A stretch of DNA of 64,000 nucleotides from Macrostomum lignano (taxonomy: Eukaryota), in assembly GCA_002269645.1 (NCBI GenBank), contig NIVC01003697.1, positions 1-64,000 on the forward strand. Reading direction: 5' to 3'. Position 1 is the stretch's first letter; each line of letters opens with the position of its first letter. Shown here piece by piece: positions 36,219 through 49,055 of the stretch. Both the position numbers and the translations under genes were made by a program. The notes beneath the pieces are model-generated. The model worked only from the letters and a program-made list of their open reading frames with translations. It ran no database searches and was not told where the DNA came from.

Positions 36219-36618
36219 CTATTAAGACAGGTAAAATTTATTTTTTTTAATTATTTTTTTGAATAAATGAATGTATCAGATACGTCGTTAGTTGCATGGT
36301 TAATCGCAGTTAAATATTTTGTTAGAACGTTAAGCTCTAATGGCAAAAGTTCACTCTCGAATTCACTCTTTGTATTTCCTTTTACAGTGGTTACTTACCG
36401 ACAACTTGAAATTAGCCAAAGGAGAGAACATATATTGAGTCCACCGAAAAATCCTTTGGAGTTTTGATTCAGTCAGCAAGCGCCACTTGACTTACATGTT
36501 TCATTGCATGCCAACAACATGACAGGTAAAACTATGACGTTGACCTTTGATGAGGTTTGAAGATTTGAAAGTCTTCACGAGTAGGAAGAGGTCTTTGAAG
36601 CAGCAGCCAACAGCTTCG

Positions 36619-37303
36619 TGTGACGTTGCTAGTATAAGCTATGGTCCCGCAAAAGGGCCGTTGGACTGTAGTTTCCCTTGCAATTTCTCACTTAAATTTC
36701 TCCAATAGATTATTTTAACGTTTACTTATAGTAGCGTGCAACTAATCTGTATCAATTGCTAATTCACTGTGTATTTGATAGACCTTGCGTTCGTCTGTAA
36801 AATTTAGCACGATCGATAATTTCAAGTTCTCCCGCCAGCCAATGAAAATTCTCCGCGTGTATATTGCTAGCCCTCTGCGCTCTTTATTAACCCCCGCCTG
36901 GCGGCGGGCTGGGGGGTCTTCACTTTCTCTCGCTCTTTGCACCTCCTTTGCGCCTCCTTTGCTTTCTCTTTGCTCCCTTGCGGCCCTTGTGTTTTCGTCT
37001 CGTTTTCATTCTCTCGCCTGGCTGCCTCGAGCCTCCTTATCTCACGCCACGGCTCCTCTGTCTGGGCCCGCCTGTTTACACACCGTTACTCCACTGTGTA
37101 CTGCCTCGGCTAACGCCATTCTCGCCGCTACTTATCTGCCCGTCTACTTGCTACTCACTGCTGCCCTTATACGCCAAGTGCTCCGCTACACAATCCATTT
37201 TGCAAGAATTGACTTCGATTCATTTTGGGACTACAACGACTTACGACAATTCTGGTCAAACGGCCCTTTTAAGGGTCCTAGCCACTACGCCAATAACGTG
37301 ACA
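36619..37303. mobile_element. TG..CA element, copy 2
   Basis: 4-bp TSD TTCG. The first ~290 bp and the last ~130 bp match copy 1. Confidence 0.75.
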
Positions 37304-38479
37304 TTCGCTAATTTCTTAGGGGCTGGCGAATTTGACAAGCTGATTGCGCGTTAATAAAACTGCATCTCGTTAGATGGTAAATTATAATGATCCAATTTTT
37401 GTTCAAACTTTTCAACAAAGATTAAAATTGAAAGTGAATTAAAGTTAAAAATAAAGTTAATAAAACTTGAAGTGAATTTAAATTTAAATCGGAAGCCAAA
37501 CACGTGCGTTTCGAAACCAAATCTTGTCTAAACCAGCCTTCGAAGAAGTTGAAAATAACAATTTAACTACCGGCCAACCACTATCACTGTAATAATCTAG
37601 CTATTTGTAGGCCATAAAGGAGACCTACTTTAAAAAAGAACACTGAGTACTAAATACTATGAAAAAGACTACTAAAGTTTCCAGATGCATTATTTGATTT
37701 GAAATTTTAAGAAATCAAAAGGAAATATATAATTGCTTTACTTTTAAAAACCAGGCCAAGAAGTTTTTATTTACTAAAAGCAATCGGAGTAAAAAATAAT
37801 AGAAGTAAATAGCAGAATTAAATGCATGACAGCAGTGCACAAGTAAAAAGATAAAAATTAAGACAACAAACTTGAAACCCTAATAAACAGTGCATGAGTG
37901 CATTGCACATTACAGAGCAGGAATCAATCAGCAAGCAAGGAAATATTTATGGCTGACTGCTACTGGACAAAAATAATTAGCAATAAATGATGAATTCGAA
38001 TAGTAAAAAAATGTAGCAGAAACAGCTTTTTGTGCGCCAGTAAAATATAATATTAATTAATATTAATATAGCCTACTTAAGCAATGTGTCATGCTAAGTA
38101 TAGTCTTGATAATAGTGTTTCTTTGTCGTGCTGGGAACAAATTAGATGTATCCACAGCTGTCAGATTTGCTATATTAGGTTGTCGTCATAGCTATAATTA
38201 CAAGATAATGCTAGCTATTTAATTTAATTGATGTTTTAACTGGTACTTTTGCCATGATCAAGCTTTTATCGTCTGCATAATTGCTGCAGAACAGCAGTCC
38301 AGATCCAGAAAAGTAGCTGAAAAAATGAGTATTAGAAGAGATTTTTTTGTGACAGACACAGACTGAACATTTGGAAAATCAATAAATGACAATATATTTG
38401 TGCTTAATTTAATTCTTAATATAATTTTAATATATAAATAAAAATTTATTGATAAATCAAATGACATACTTTTCACTAA

Positions 38480-40597
38480 AATTTGATACCTGCAGTTTAA
38501 AGCAGAATGAGTTTAAAGAGAAAGCCGAAAATCAACATGAATACGACGCGTTTCGCACACCAATTTGCATCGTCAGGTATATTGTTTGAAACGAAAGGTG
38601 TGAGTAAAGCGAATTTATAAATTTTGTCAATGAAACAAATGTAGCTGGTGAGTAAGTATTTTGTATGTACAAAGTAGTTGGAGGTTGATAGTCCGTATAG
38701 GGCGGGGCGAAGACCAATATGGGCAGAAAACAAAATATAATGGAATGAGCACTGCAGTTAAAACATGGTCAGTGCTCTCTCACTCAGAATACACGGAGAA
38801 CATGGCCTGCACCACCTACCTACTATGTTGGAGTTGCGTATTAAGGGTGGGCGACTGGTTTTTATGTACAAAGGCTTCTACGATCTTGAGCTTGTGATCA
38901 GATGGGCATTGGTCGATGATTTTAAAGCGTTCTTCAGGTGTACAATGCCCACCCAATCCTAAAAACTGAGCGTTCTCTGCAAAACTACCTACGCACCCAT
39001 GTCAAACAACACATTGACCTTTGCACGTATTAGCGTATCTTACCCTGCGGCAGCCAACCTGGTCAGCTCTACGGGGTCTACAAGGTGCACAAACCAGAAA
39101 AACCCCTCAGACCAATCGTTTTCATGGTCAACACTGCCGAATACGAGCTTGCTAAGTAGCTACCTAGACTCGCTCATCAAACCTTGCATTTCTACTGAAT
39201 TCACCTCGAAATCCAACAGCACTTTTCTGAAAGATCTTCAAAATTCGTGCTCTGACACAAGAAGTCTGAAATTCTCTGCAGCTTCGATGTTGTTTCACTC
39301 TTTACTAACATCCCCCTGAAACTTGCTATTGACCTCGCCACTGAATTAGTGTTTAAACGTACATGTAATCCTACCTCCATTTCTTTGTCTAAGGACTATT
39401 TTTAAAAACTTCTTGGCTTTGCGACCTCTGGAATCTTCATGTTCAACAGTAAATACTACTGGAAAATTGAGGACTGCGCCATGGGAAGTCCGCTGGCCCC
39501 TACTCTGGCTGAAGTCTGCTTGACTCATTGGAAAACCAACAACTGGATGTCCCCTTGACTTAAGGGGACATCCAGTTAAGTTCAGTTAATTAAGTTAACC
39601 AATGAGATTGCTACTGACCATAAACTTCCGTTCCTTGACCTTGACATCGATCTCAGCGGTGGGAACCTTTCCACCAAAGTTTTCTGCAAAAAACCTTCAC
39701 CAATTTCATTCTCAACTTTCATGCCGTGTGCCCCAGACAGTAGAAATCTGGTCTGATCAGATGCTTGCTTCACAGAGCCTACACCGTCTGCAACTCCTAG
39801 ATTAACTTTGACCAAGAAATCAGGTTTCTGACCAAAATGCTCCAACAAAACGGTTACCGACCATCAGCCTTCATCCACCACAACATCCAAAAATTCATTT
39901 CTGAAAGAGTGAATCATCAAAAAGTTTCCAAACATGATCACATTGACCTGAGTGAACCAACACTCATTCTCCCTTTCTTTGGCCATCCTTCTCTCACCTT
40001 CAAAAACAGGATTTGCAAATTGTTCCACAACTCTTTCAACAGCCAAATTCGAGTTTTTTCCGCTCTTCCAAAGTTGGCAGTTTTGTCGGTCGGTTAAAGT
40101 CACGTGTACCCCGTGCTCTGCGTGCAGGTGTTGTATATTGTTTCAACTGCTCTGTTGACCAGAGCGTCTCCTACGTGGGAAGACCAAAAGACACCTGCAC
40201 ACTAGAACCAGGGAGCACTGGCTCAAACCGTCGGCCATCCAAACCCACCTTTTGAAATGTAACAGCTGCTCCAACTGTACACCTGAATAACGCTTTAAAA
40301 TATCATCGACCAATGCCCATCTGATCACAAGCTCAAGATCGTAGAAGCCTTGTACATAAAAAACCAGTCGCCCACCCTTAATACGCAACTCTGCAACGTA
40401 GGTAGGTGGTGCAGGCCATGTTCTCCGTGTATTCTGAGTGAGAGAGCACTGACCATGTTTTAACTGCAGTGCTCATTCCATTATATTTTGTTTTCTGCCC
40501 ATATTGGTCTTCGCCCCGCCCTATACGGACTATCAACCTCCAACTACTTTGTACATACAAAATACTTACTCACCAGCTACATTTGTTTCATTGACAA
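38480..40597 (+). mobile_element. Penelope-like retroelement (decayed RT + GIY-YIG) with an inverted pseudo-LTR
   Basis: RT motifs SFDVVSLFTNIP (~39280), AMGSPLAPTLAE (~39480) and KLPFLDL. GIY-YIG GVVYCFNC..SYVG..TKRHLHTRTREH and C-terminal PTLNTQ. ~320-bp inverted repeat at 38624-38944 and 40276-40597. The left boundary is approximate. Confidence 0.85.
38541..38580 (-). ncRNA. Minimal type-I hammerhead ribozyme
   Basis: Minus strand reads AUAC-CUGACGA-U-GCA(AAUUGGUG)UGC-GAAA-CGCG-UC^GUAU. It has both core boxes, a 4-bp stem I and a palindromic short stem III. Predicted GUC cleavage is between 38545 and 38544. Confidence 0.75.
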
Positions 40598-41519
40598 GAA
40601 TGAGAATTCGGAACTGAACTAAACAGGCAGTAAATTCATATCTTTTATAGTTCTTTTATAAAAATTACGCTTTTTATAAAAGTATATGCCACATCCAAAA
40701 ATAAAAAACTGTGTAATACTTGTATATTTAATATACTTGTTCCACAAGTATGGCTGCTGCGCTGCATCTCACATACCTCACCGCCCACTTCTCCCTTACG
40801 CAACGAGTACCATTAATTATTTATTGGGTTAAACTACCCGATTATAAATAAATAATCAGATTACTTCTACCCTACACAGAGCGAACTGTGGCATTGACTA
40901 GCAGCGGCAAGCTTTTAAAGAGTAAGGGCTTCTTCTAATTCTAAAGCTCATTTATATGATGATCTAAAATGGACCAAATTCAAATAGCGAGTTAAAAATT
41001 TCAAATTCGACTTCAAATTTGAGTCAACAGCAACGAGCCAGCTCCCTGAATCTTTGCAAAAAAATCATTCAGTAAACTGCTTAGCCATCACTATATCACT
41101 CATCGACTATGCTCCTAAATTTACAAGACCCATCCATGTTTGGTTAATTTAGACTTTAATTTAAACTTTGTTTAATTTAGACAAAAGATTCCGGAGACCA
41201 GCAGCCTTGTAGTTGGCCTAAGTAAATAAATGATCTTTATTTTTCCATTAAATGAAACTTTTTGTGTTGCATAACCTTAATAATACTAAAATTATCGATT
41301 TCGGTGTTTTTCATAGTAACATTAACTAGCTCAAATTAGTTGAACTATTCTGTATATAATTTATACATGTATGACGAAAACTTAGTATTTTTCGGTTGTA
41401 CTTATTGATCATTACATACAAGTACATGTAAGTAGATACAAAAATTCCACAACTTCTATTTTTACGGTTAAAAATCAATAAAAGTTCCACCAAGTCAATT
41501 TATTTCCTCAAGTAGTAAT

Positions 41520-44500
41520 TGTGGTGGCGTGTGGCGGTGTCGTGTGTTTGGAGTGTTGGGGCTGGGTTGGTTTGTGTTTTGGGGTTGCGATTCTGTGGCT
41601 ATTTTACCTCCTCTCTGTACTTTCGTTTGTGCGTACACCGTCGCATACTCATTCACACTCACACAATTGCTACTTTGCGTTTTTTAGTCCCTTTTATAAT
41701 ATCGTGTCAAAATATATAAGTCGCTGCAGTTGGAGTTTTCATGCAAGGGTTTTTCGGCTAGTGCCATCGTAAGTCAAGTTGTTTCACGGGCGACGAGATG
41801 TCAGTGTACGTCTACCCACGCGTTTGAGAACTTTAATGACAGAGAAGAGTCCTGGACGGAATACCAGGAGCGACTGGAGCAGTACTTTGAAGCGCATGGC
41901 ATCAGAGAAGATGCAAAGAAAAGAGCCGTCCTGCTAAGCGTTTGCGGCCGCCAGTCTTTTCAAATTGCTCGCAACCTTTGCTCGCCAGCCAAAGTCGGAG
42001 ACAAGAGCTATTCATACGAGTATATCTGCAAGCTTCTCAAAGAGTATCACTGTCCTACGCCATCAGAGATCGTTCAGCGCTTCGACTTCAACAACCGCGT
42101 CAGTAAGCCTGACGAGTCCGTATCAACATATCTGGCGGAGCTGCGGAAGCTGAGTGAGCACTGCAACTACAGCAATCTGGACGAGATGTTGCGAGACCGA
42201 CTGGTGTGCGGCATCAACAATCTGGAGATCCAGCGGCGATTGTTGGCGGAGCCCGAGTTGAATCTAAAATCCGCCACTGAAATTGCTTAGGCCCATGAGT
42301 CGGCAACAAAGAACTGCAAAGTCTTGGAATCAGCCACTGGGATCAGCGAGAGCAGCAAGACGGAGGATGCAGTTCTCAAAGTTCAGCAAGCACCAGATCA
42401 GAGGCGATGCGGCAGGTGCCTGTCGACAAGGCACATGTCCCAAAAGTGTCCGTTCATCGACAAGCAGTGTTTCCGGTGCCAGAAAAATGGACACGCGGCC
42501 AGGGCTTGCAGAAATCGGCCTCAGTAGGCGGCCAACCAAGTTTTTGAGGCGACAACCATCGAGAAGGATCAAGACGAGCCGTACTCTCTGCACCAATTTG
42601 GTTCCGGCACCACACGCAGAGAAACTGTGCCCCCGATCATCACAACTGTTTTCATTGACGGTCGCCCGTGTCTGATGGAGGTGGACACTGGAGCTTCCGT
42701 GTCGCTGATATCGGTGCGCACCTACAAGGATGTCCTCCACAGCGGCCCCAAGTTAAGCCCATCAACTGCTCTTCTGCTCAGCTAACCACATACTCCGGAC
42801 ACTCCGTTAATGTGCTCGGTAAGTTGGATTTGCCTGTCAGCAAGTCGCTTTCAGAAGAGTCCATCCGCCTTCCCCTGCTCGTCGTGGAGGGCAGCGGCCC
42901 AAGTCTGCTCGGCCGCGACTGGTTGCGGCAGCTGCAACTCGACTGGCAGTCCATCAAACAGCTGAAGTCCACAATTTGTACCCAAGTGCAAGGACTACTG
43001 GACGAATTCGCTGAGGTGTTTGGTGATCTTGGTACATTCAAAGGCACCCCACTGTCGATACAGCTGAAGCCGGACGCCAAGCCTCGGTTCTGCAAGGCTC
43101 GCCCGATTCCGTTCTCGCTGAAGGCCAAAGTCGAGCAAAAGCGAACAAGGAGGTGCAGCAGGGAGTTCTCAGAATGGGCGTCGCCGATCGTTCCTGTAAT
43201 GAAATCGGATGGCAGCATTCGGGGTATGCGCCCATTTTAAACAGACCGTCAACGTTTCTATTAATTCGGATACGTACCCGCTGCCGAACATTGACGAATT
43301 GTTCTCGAGACTCGCCGGAGGTAAGAAGTTTACCAAGCTGGACCTGAGTCAGGCCTTCTCTCAGATGCCCCTCGATGCTGCAGCTCAGGAGCTCTGCACG
43401 GTGAACACGCCGTTGGGGCTTCTTCGGTACTCGAGGCTTCCATTTGGTGTATCGACAGCGCCGAGCATGTTCCAGAGAGTCATGGACGGCCTGCTACAAG
43501 GCATTGCTCACTGCGTGGCATTTATGGACGATGTCATCGTCACTGGCCAGGACGATGAGAGCCACTGCAGCAACCTCAGGGCGGTGCTCTCCGTTTTTAA
43601 GGACGCTGGCTTGACCTACAGCCGTGAGAAGTGCGCGTTCATGCAGGATTCAGTGGTGTACCTGGGACACCGCATCGACTCGGAAGGCCTTCATCCACTG
43701 AAGGACAAGCTCCAAGCCATAGTGGACGCACCTGAGCCTATGGACCTGACGCAGCTGCGGAGTTTTCTGGGTCTCGTGAGTTACTATGGGAAGTTTCTGC
43801 CTAACTTGTCGACTGTCTTGAGTCCGCTACACCAGCTGCTCAACAAGGAGATCCGATGGCACTAGGGACAGTCGCAAAAGAAGGCTTTCGAGACCTGCAA
43901 GCGTCTTCTTGTCCAACCGAACGTCCTGGCTCACTATGATGCAGCAGCGGAGCTGTTCTTGGAGTGCGACGCTTCGGATCACGGAATTGGAGCCGTAATC
44001 TTTCATCGGGTCGGCGGTCTGGACAAGCCGGTTGCCTATGCGTCAAGTACCCTGAGTTCGGCCGAGCGGAACTATTGTCAGCTGGAGAAGGAGGCGCTCG
44101 CGCTGGTTTACGGCGTCAAGAAGTTCAACCAGTACCTCCTAGGCCGCGAGTTCAGTCTGTTAACGGATCATCGACCTCTTCTTAGGCTTCTCGGTGAAGG
44201 CAAGCAAATCCCGCCGTTGGCATCTGGCCGAGTGCAGCGATGGACACTGCTGCTGTCAGCATATCGGTACAAGCTGGTGCATCGCAGCGGCTCTTCGCTT
44301 CTCAGAGCGGATGCTTTTAGTCGTCTTCCAGCGCCGACTGCGGACCGACCGACCCCAGTGCCCGCGGAGATCGTCCTGCTAATGGACAGTCTGGATTCTG
44401 GTCCCGTCAGTTCCAAGGACATCTGCATTTGGACACGGCGGGATCCCCTGATGTCGCAGGTCGTTCGCTTCTGCCTTACTGGTTGGCTGGAGACCGCGCC

Positions 44501-46021
44501 ACCGGAGCTGTTGCAATACAGTCGCCGATCCAAGAAACTCTCTGTGCAGATGGCTGCCTGTTCTAGGATAGCCGCATCATTATTCCACCCGCAGGTCGCG
44601 TTCAGTTGCTTCAGTGTCTCCACCAGAGTCATCCGGGTTCTTCTCGTATGAAGTCGCTGCCCCGAAGCTATGTTTGGTGGCCAGGCATTGATCAGGAAAT
44701 CGAGTTGATGGTGGCGTCTTGTTCTAAATGTCAGCAAAATCAACGGGAAGCATCTCCGGTACTGCTGCAGCCCTGGCCTCTGCCTACGCAACCGTGGACG
44801 CGGATTCATGTCGACTATGCAGGGCCTGTTCGTGGCAAGATGCTGCTAGTCGTCGTGGACGCCTACTCGAAGTGGCTTGACGTCCACGTGACATCGTCGG
44901 CGACAGCGGCGACAACAGCAGAGAAGCTGCGGCAGAGCTTCTGTACGCATGGCCTGCCAGAAGTCGTGGTGACGGACAATGGGCCCTGCTTTGTGAGCGG
45001 TGAATTCGGCGAACTCTGTCGCCAAAACGGCATTCGACATGTGCGTACCCCGCCGTACCACCCTGCGTCCAACGGGTTGGCTGAGAGGGCCGTGCAAAGT
45101 TTGAAGCGCTCGCTGGAAAAGCAGACTGGTGGCACGCTCGAAACGCAGGTCGCCCGCTTCCTGATGAGCTACCGGATCACTCCGCACTCAACGACGGGAG
45201 CAGCGCCTTGTGAGCTTCTGATGGGGCAAACCCTGCGGTCATTACTGGATCACCCGCGTCCCAGCATCTCCCGGCGGGTCCTGGAGCGTCAGGAAAGCCA
45301 GAAGCTTCATCACGATTTGACGGCAAAGCCTCGATTCTTTGAAGAGAGAGAAGCGGTGTACGCTGGGAACTTCGGACAAGCGGCCAATTGGTCTCCCGCG
45401 GTCGTCACCCGGAAGGAGAACCCACTGTGGTACGAGTGCAGCCTGCCGGACAGCCGAGATATCCGGCGACACGCGGATCACCTGCGAGAACGTCCAGCCG
45501 ATCCAATGTCGGACACATCGGAGTCACCGGAGGTCGCTACGGCAACGCCACAAGAACTGCCCGTGCCGAAGGCCGGTTCGGCGCCGACGGCCGAGTCCAA
45601 AACGCCGTTGAAGCCCGCGGCGGAATCCGAGCTCCGCCGGTCTGGACGCACCCGGGCACCTCCCGACCGGCTGATGTACAAGTGACTAAAGGCTGAGGCT
45701 GAGACAAAGACTGAACTGTAACTGAGTTGGGTTCCGCTCTTGGTTGGGAGAGGTGTGGTGGCGTGTGGCGGGTGTCGTGTGTTTGGGATGTTGGGGCTGG
45801 GTTGGTTTGTGTTTTGGGGTTGCGCTGCTGTGGCTATTTTACCTCCTCTCTGTATTTTCGTTTGTGCGTAAACTGTCACGTACTCATTCACACTCACACA
45901 ATTGCTACTTCGCGCTTTTTAGTCCCTTTTATAATATCGTGTCAAAATATATAAGTCGCTGCAGTTGGAGTTTTCACGCAAGGGTTTTTCGGCTAGTGCC
46001 ATCGTAAGTCAAGTTGTTTCA
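41520..46021 (+). mobile_element. Full-length decayed Ty3/Gypsy element D
   Basis: LTRs at 41520-41786 and 45754-46021 (roughly 5% divergent by eye) and a mutated tRNA-Ser-type PBS (cgggcgacgag). Gag with zinc knuckles, PR (VDTGAS), RT (FMDDV), RNase H and IN (IHVDYAGP, VTDNG). Several stops and frameshifts. Confidence 0.9.
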
Positions 46022-47299
46022 GCAACTCCACACACAATTATAATAGCGAGTAAGTAATGTAAATTTTCACTATTTTAATACTTTAGATTTTTCATTGCGA
46101 AAGAACGCAAACGCTCATAGCAGCTATTAAACAAATTCGCATAGCTCGTTTAACTACCGACTAATCATTCTTGCCAAAAGATCCCGCAAAAAAATGCACC
46201 ACGATGAATCCGATACACCCTAGCTCCCGTGGTGAAAAATTCGACCCAGAATCGACCCAGAATGTTCTGTGTCGATTCGGTGTCGAATGTGCACTCAGAA
46301 ATTTTGGAAATTTGATCATCGAAATTTCGACGAATATTCGACCACTGCTTTCACAAGGACATAAGGTTTCAGACAAAGTGTTAAAAGATTGTATGTTATA
46401 AAAGATATTTATTGTGACGAAAAAACGAATCTATGAAGCATTATACTCGAGATGAGAATGAACTAATATATTCCTTATACACGCTCCTATTAAACTACGC
46501 TAATTAAATGACTAATATTTTCGCAAAAATTTAATAGTCCGCGATCAAATAAAAGACAGACAGAAGTCACGCGTTAAGTGCAACTCTCAGTCACTCTGCG
46601 CTGGCGGCAGGACCACGGAGCTCTTTCGCTGGGGAGTGCGCAGGCCAGATCGTACGACTGGGGCATCCGAGATGAAGTTCGCAATGCGCTCCTCCACCTC
46701 CTTCGTGCTGAATTGTACTTGGTCTTTCGAAATCGCCTCTGAAATGCAATTACGAGCGCAATATTAATTTAGCAACTCGAGGTCACTATAGCCTGCTACG
46801 AATAGCTTTCTCCTATATAGACGCTTTGGCACTATTCGAACCAAGCCCCAAACGCACTCCTACGACTTAGCAACCTGGAGTGGAAACGAGTTGTTCACTT
46901 TTACCTCACGAGGCCAGACTAGCACAGACAGAGTCAGACAGAGCCATAGACATTCAGTGCTGGCTCCTAATCTTAACAATTGCCAATCCAGATTGCTAAT
47001 TTTAAAACTCCTTGCCCCAGACAAATAAAGCTACCGGGGAGATGATCTATCACCCAATTAACGACGCCAAACCCCGCTTGACTTCGACGAGATTTCTTAC
47101 CTCGATCAGAATTTGTTACTGAACTCCCTTGTTTCTTCTTCTGACGACGTCGTGTTCCCATTTAACTTGATCTGACTAAAAGAAACAATTGCTTTATACA
47201 CATTCAATCAGAAAGGCCTCGAGCTAGATATATATTTTTTAAATCCAACTTTACCAACCAAAATATTTGTTTCCTTATCATCACGAGACAGTCGGTTGG

Positions 47300-47661
47300 G
47301 CCTAGTTCCAGATTTTGGCGCTGCCTATTCCGGGCGACTCTTGACCCTTCAGCGGTTTCGGCTGCAGGTTCCACACGTGGACAGGCCCTCCGTAGCACGT
47401 CCAACCTCACACGGCAGAGTTATCATTTTGTCCGTAGAGTTGTGCACGATTACGTGGACTTCCTTGATCAACCATGCCGCCCTGCACAGTCAAACCCTGG
47501 AGGGCCCGGCTCGACCGGCTTACGATTCGGCCATATGTCCCAGGCGGGAGAACAAGGCGAAGGCCTGTTGATACGAGGTCTGTTTCAAAGGCGGCAATTG
47601 GTCTATCGGAACACGTTGCCAGGTCGTAGCCGACTGAGCCCGCCGTGCTCCGATGCGGTAT
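47300..47661 (-). pseudogene. dut: Degenerate trimeric-type dUTPase
   Basis: Hand translation gives IPHRSTAGSVGYDL (motif 1), LVSTGLRLVLPPGTYGRIVSRS (motif 2) and GGMVDQ..GEVHVIVHN (motif 3, broken by a deletion or frameshift). No intact motif 5 and no in-frame ATG. Confidence 0.75.
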
Positions 47662-49055
47662 AACTGTGGTATAACTCCGATGCGTCGTAGTAGTAATTGT
47701 GGCTGAGGTTCATTTTTATGGATGCTTATCCTCCAAATGAGTTTTTTGCTACCCGCATAATCTTCGTCCTAATAAAAAAGCCGATTGAGTCTACTAACTC
47801 GGTAGGCTACTAATCCGATTAACGTTCCAGGCGCAGGAAAAGGCAAAGGCCTGTCGATATGATGGACGTATCATCACAGGCATCCAAATTCTATCGGCAG
47901 TAGATAGGTAGATCGGCAGTGGAGTAATGCAAAAGCTTCAGGTAGAACGAATCAACATTTATTAAGCGCCCCTCGTCCATTAGCGCAATAGCTAGACAAC
48001 CAATCCAAAAACTGACTCGCTTACTCGGATTTTTAAACTCCTCAACATCAACTGGTATATTTTCAGCCACTCGACGACGTAACCAACGATATGCTTTATG
48101 CGACAAGGCTTGTACCATACGAATGCATATAGAGAAGTAGCATCAAGATTTTCCAAGTGGTTGCTATACGTTGTATTCTGTCGTGGTCCTCTGAAATCCG
48201 AATCGTCAGGTCCAGCTGACGACGACATTCTTCTACGATAGCATTGTTTGCTGTAGTAAGATGTCGAGTTCCGAAACTGAACCCTCCTCGAACCAAAGTT
48301 TCAACCTCCGAGTATACCTTGTCTGAGGAAGCAGTAGTTCCCCTGGATCTTACCAGCTTCTTGACGTGAGCTGCTGTCTTTGAGGCTCGTTTGACTGGAG
48401 TGCCCACGGGCTGCGGGCTGCAGGCGACGTTTCCTTCTACCGGCTGGCTTCATAGTCTCGTCTTCCTCAGTGGTGAATGGAAGAGACGAAGTAGGGATGT
48501 GCCAGCGTAGGGCCTGGTCTAGAGTTGACAGGTGCTTTGGGTCGTTGTCAACCGGAGTGAGCGAGCGAAGGGCCATGTACGTGTTACTATCCCGCTGATG
48601 GTACAGCTAGTAGATGCTGGCTTGTACAGATACATGCAGATTGTACAGGCCACTGTCCCCCTTCAGCTCCTTAACATCGACTTAATTCACGCACCTCCTG
48701 GTTAGGCAGAGCTCGGACGGTGAAGCAGGGCAGTGAATTGCTTGATCGCAATCCACGGGGCAATTCGGAAAGGATCGTAAAATATATTCGTGTGAGTATT
48801 ATATGAGGAGGTTTGGAGTTTATTCTTTATCTGGGACGTGAGTTAAGACGGGATAAGGTTGGTCTATGGGAGTTTGTGGTGGCCGTTATGTCACCTGAGT
48901 CTATATCCTGAGTCTACATCCTGAGTCTATAAATAGAAACACCCCTACTGTTACCATAACCAAAGACTAATCACTACTGCGCTGATAACTAATACTGCTA
49001 TAATATACGCTGTCCTCTGCCGATCGCAATTAGTCGGTTTGGTTAATATTGAATA

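Noticed and set aside
46587-46738. Minus-strand terminal exon (..TKEVEERIANFISDAPVVRSG) resembling BEN/DUF4806-type C-termini
   Set aside because: The similarity is weak and I could not join a convincing upstream exon.
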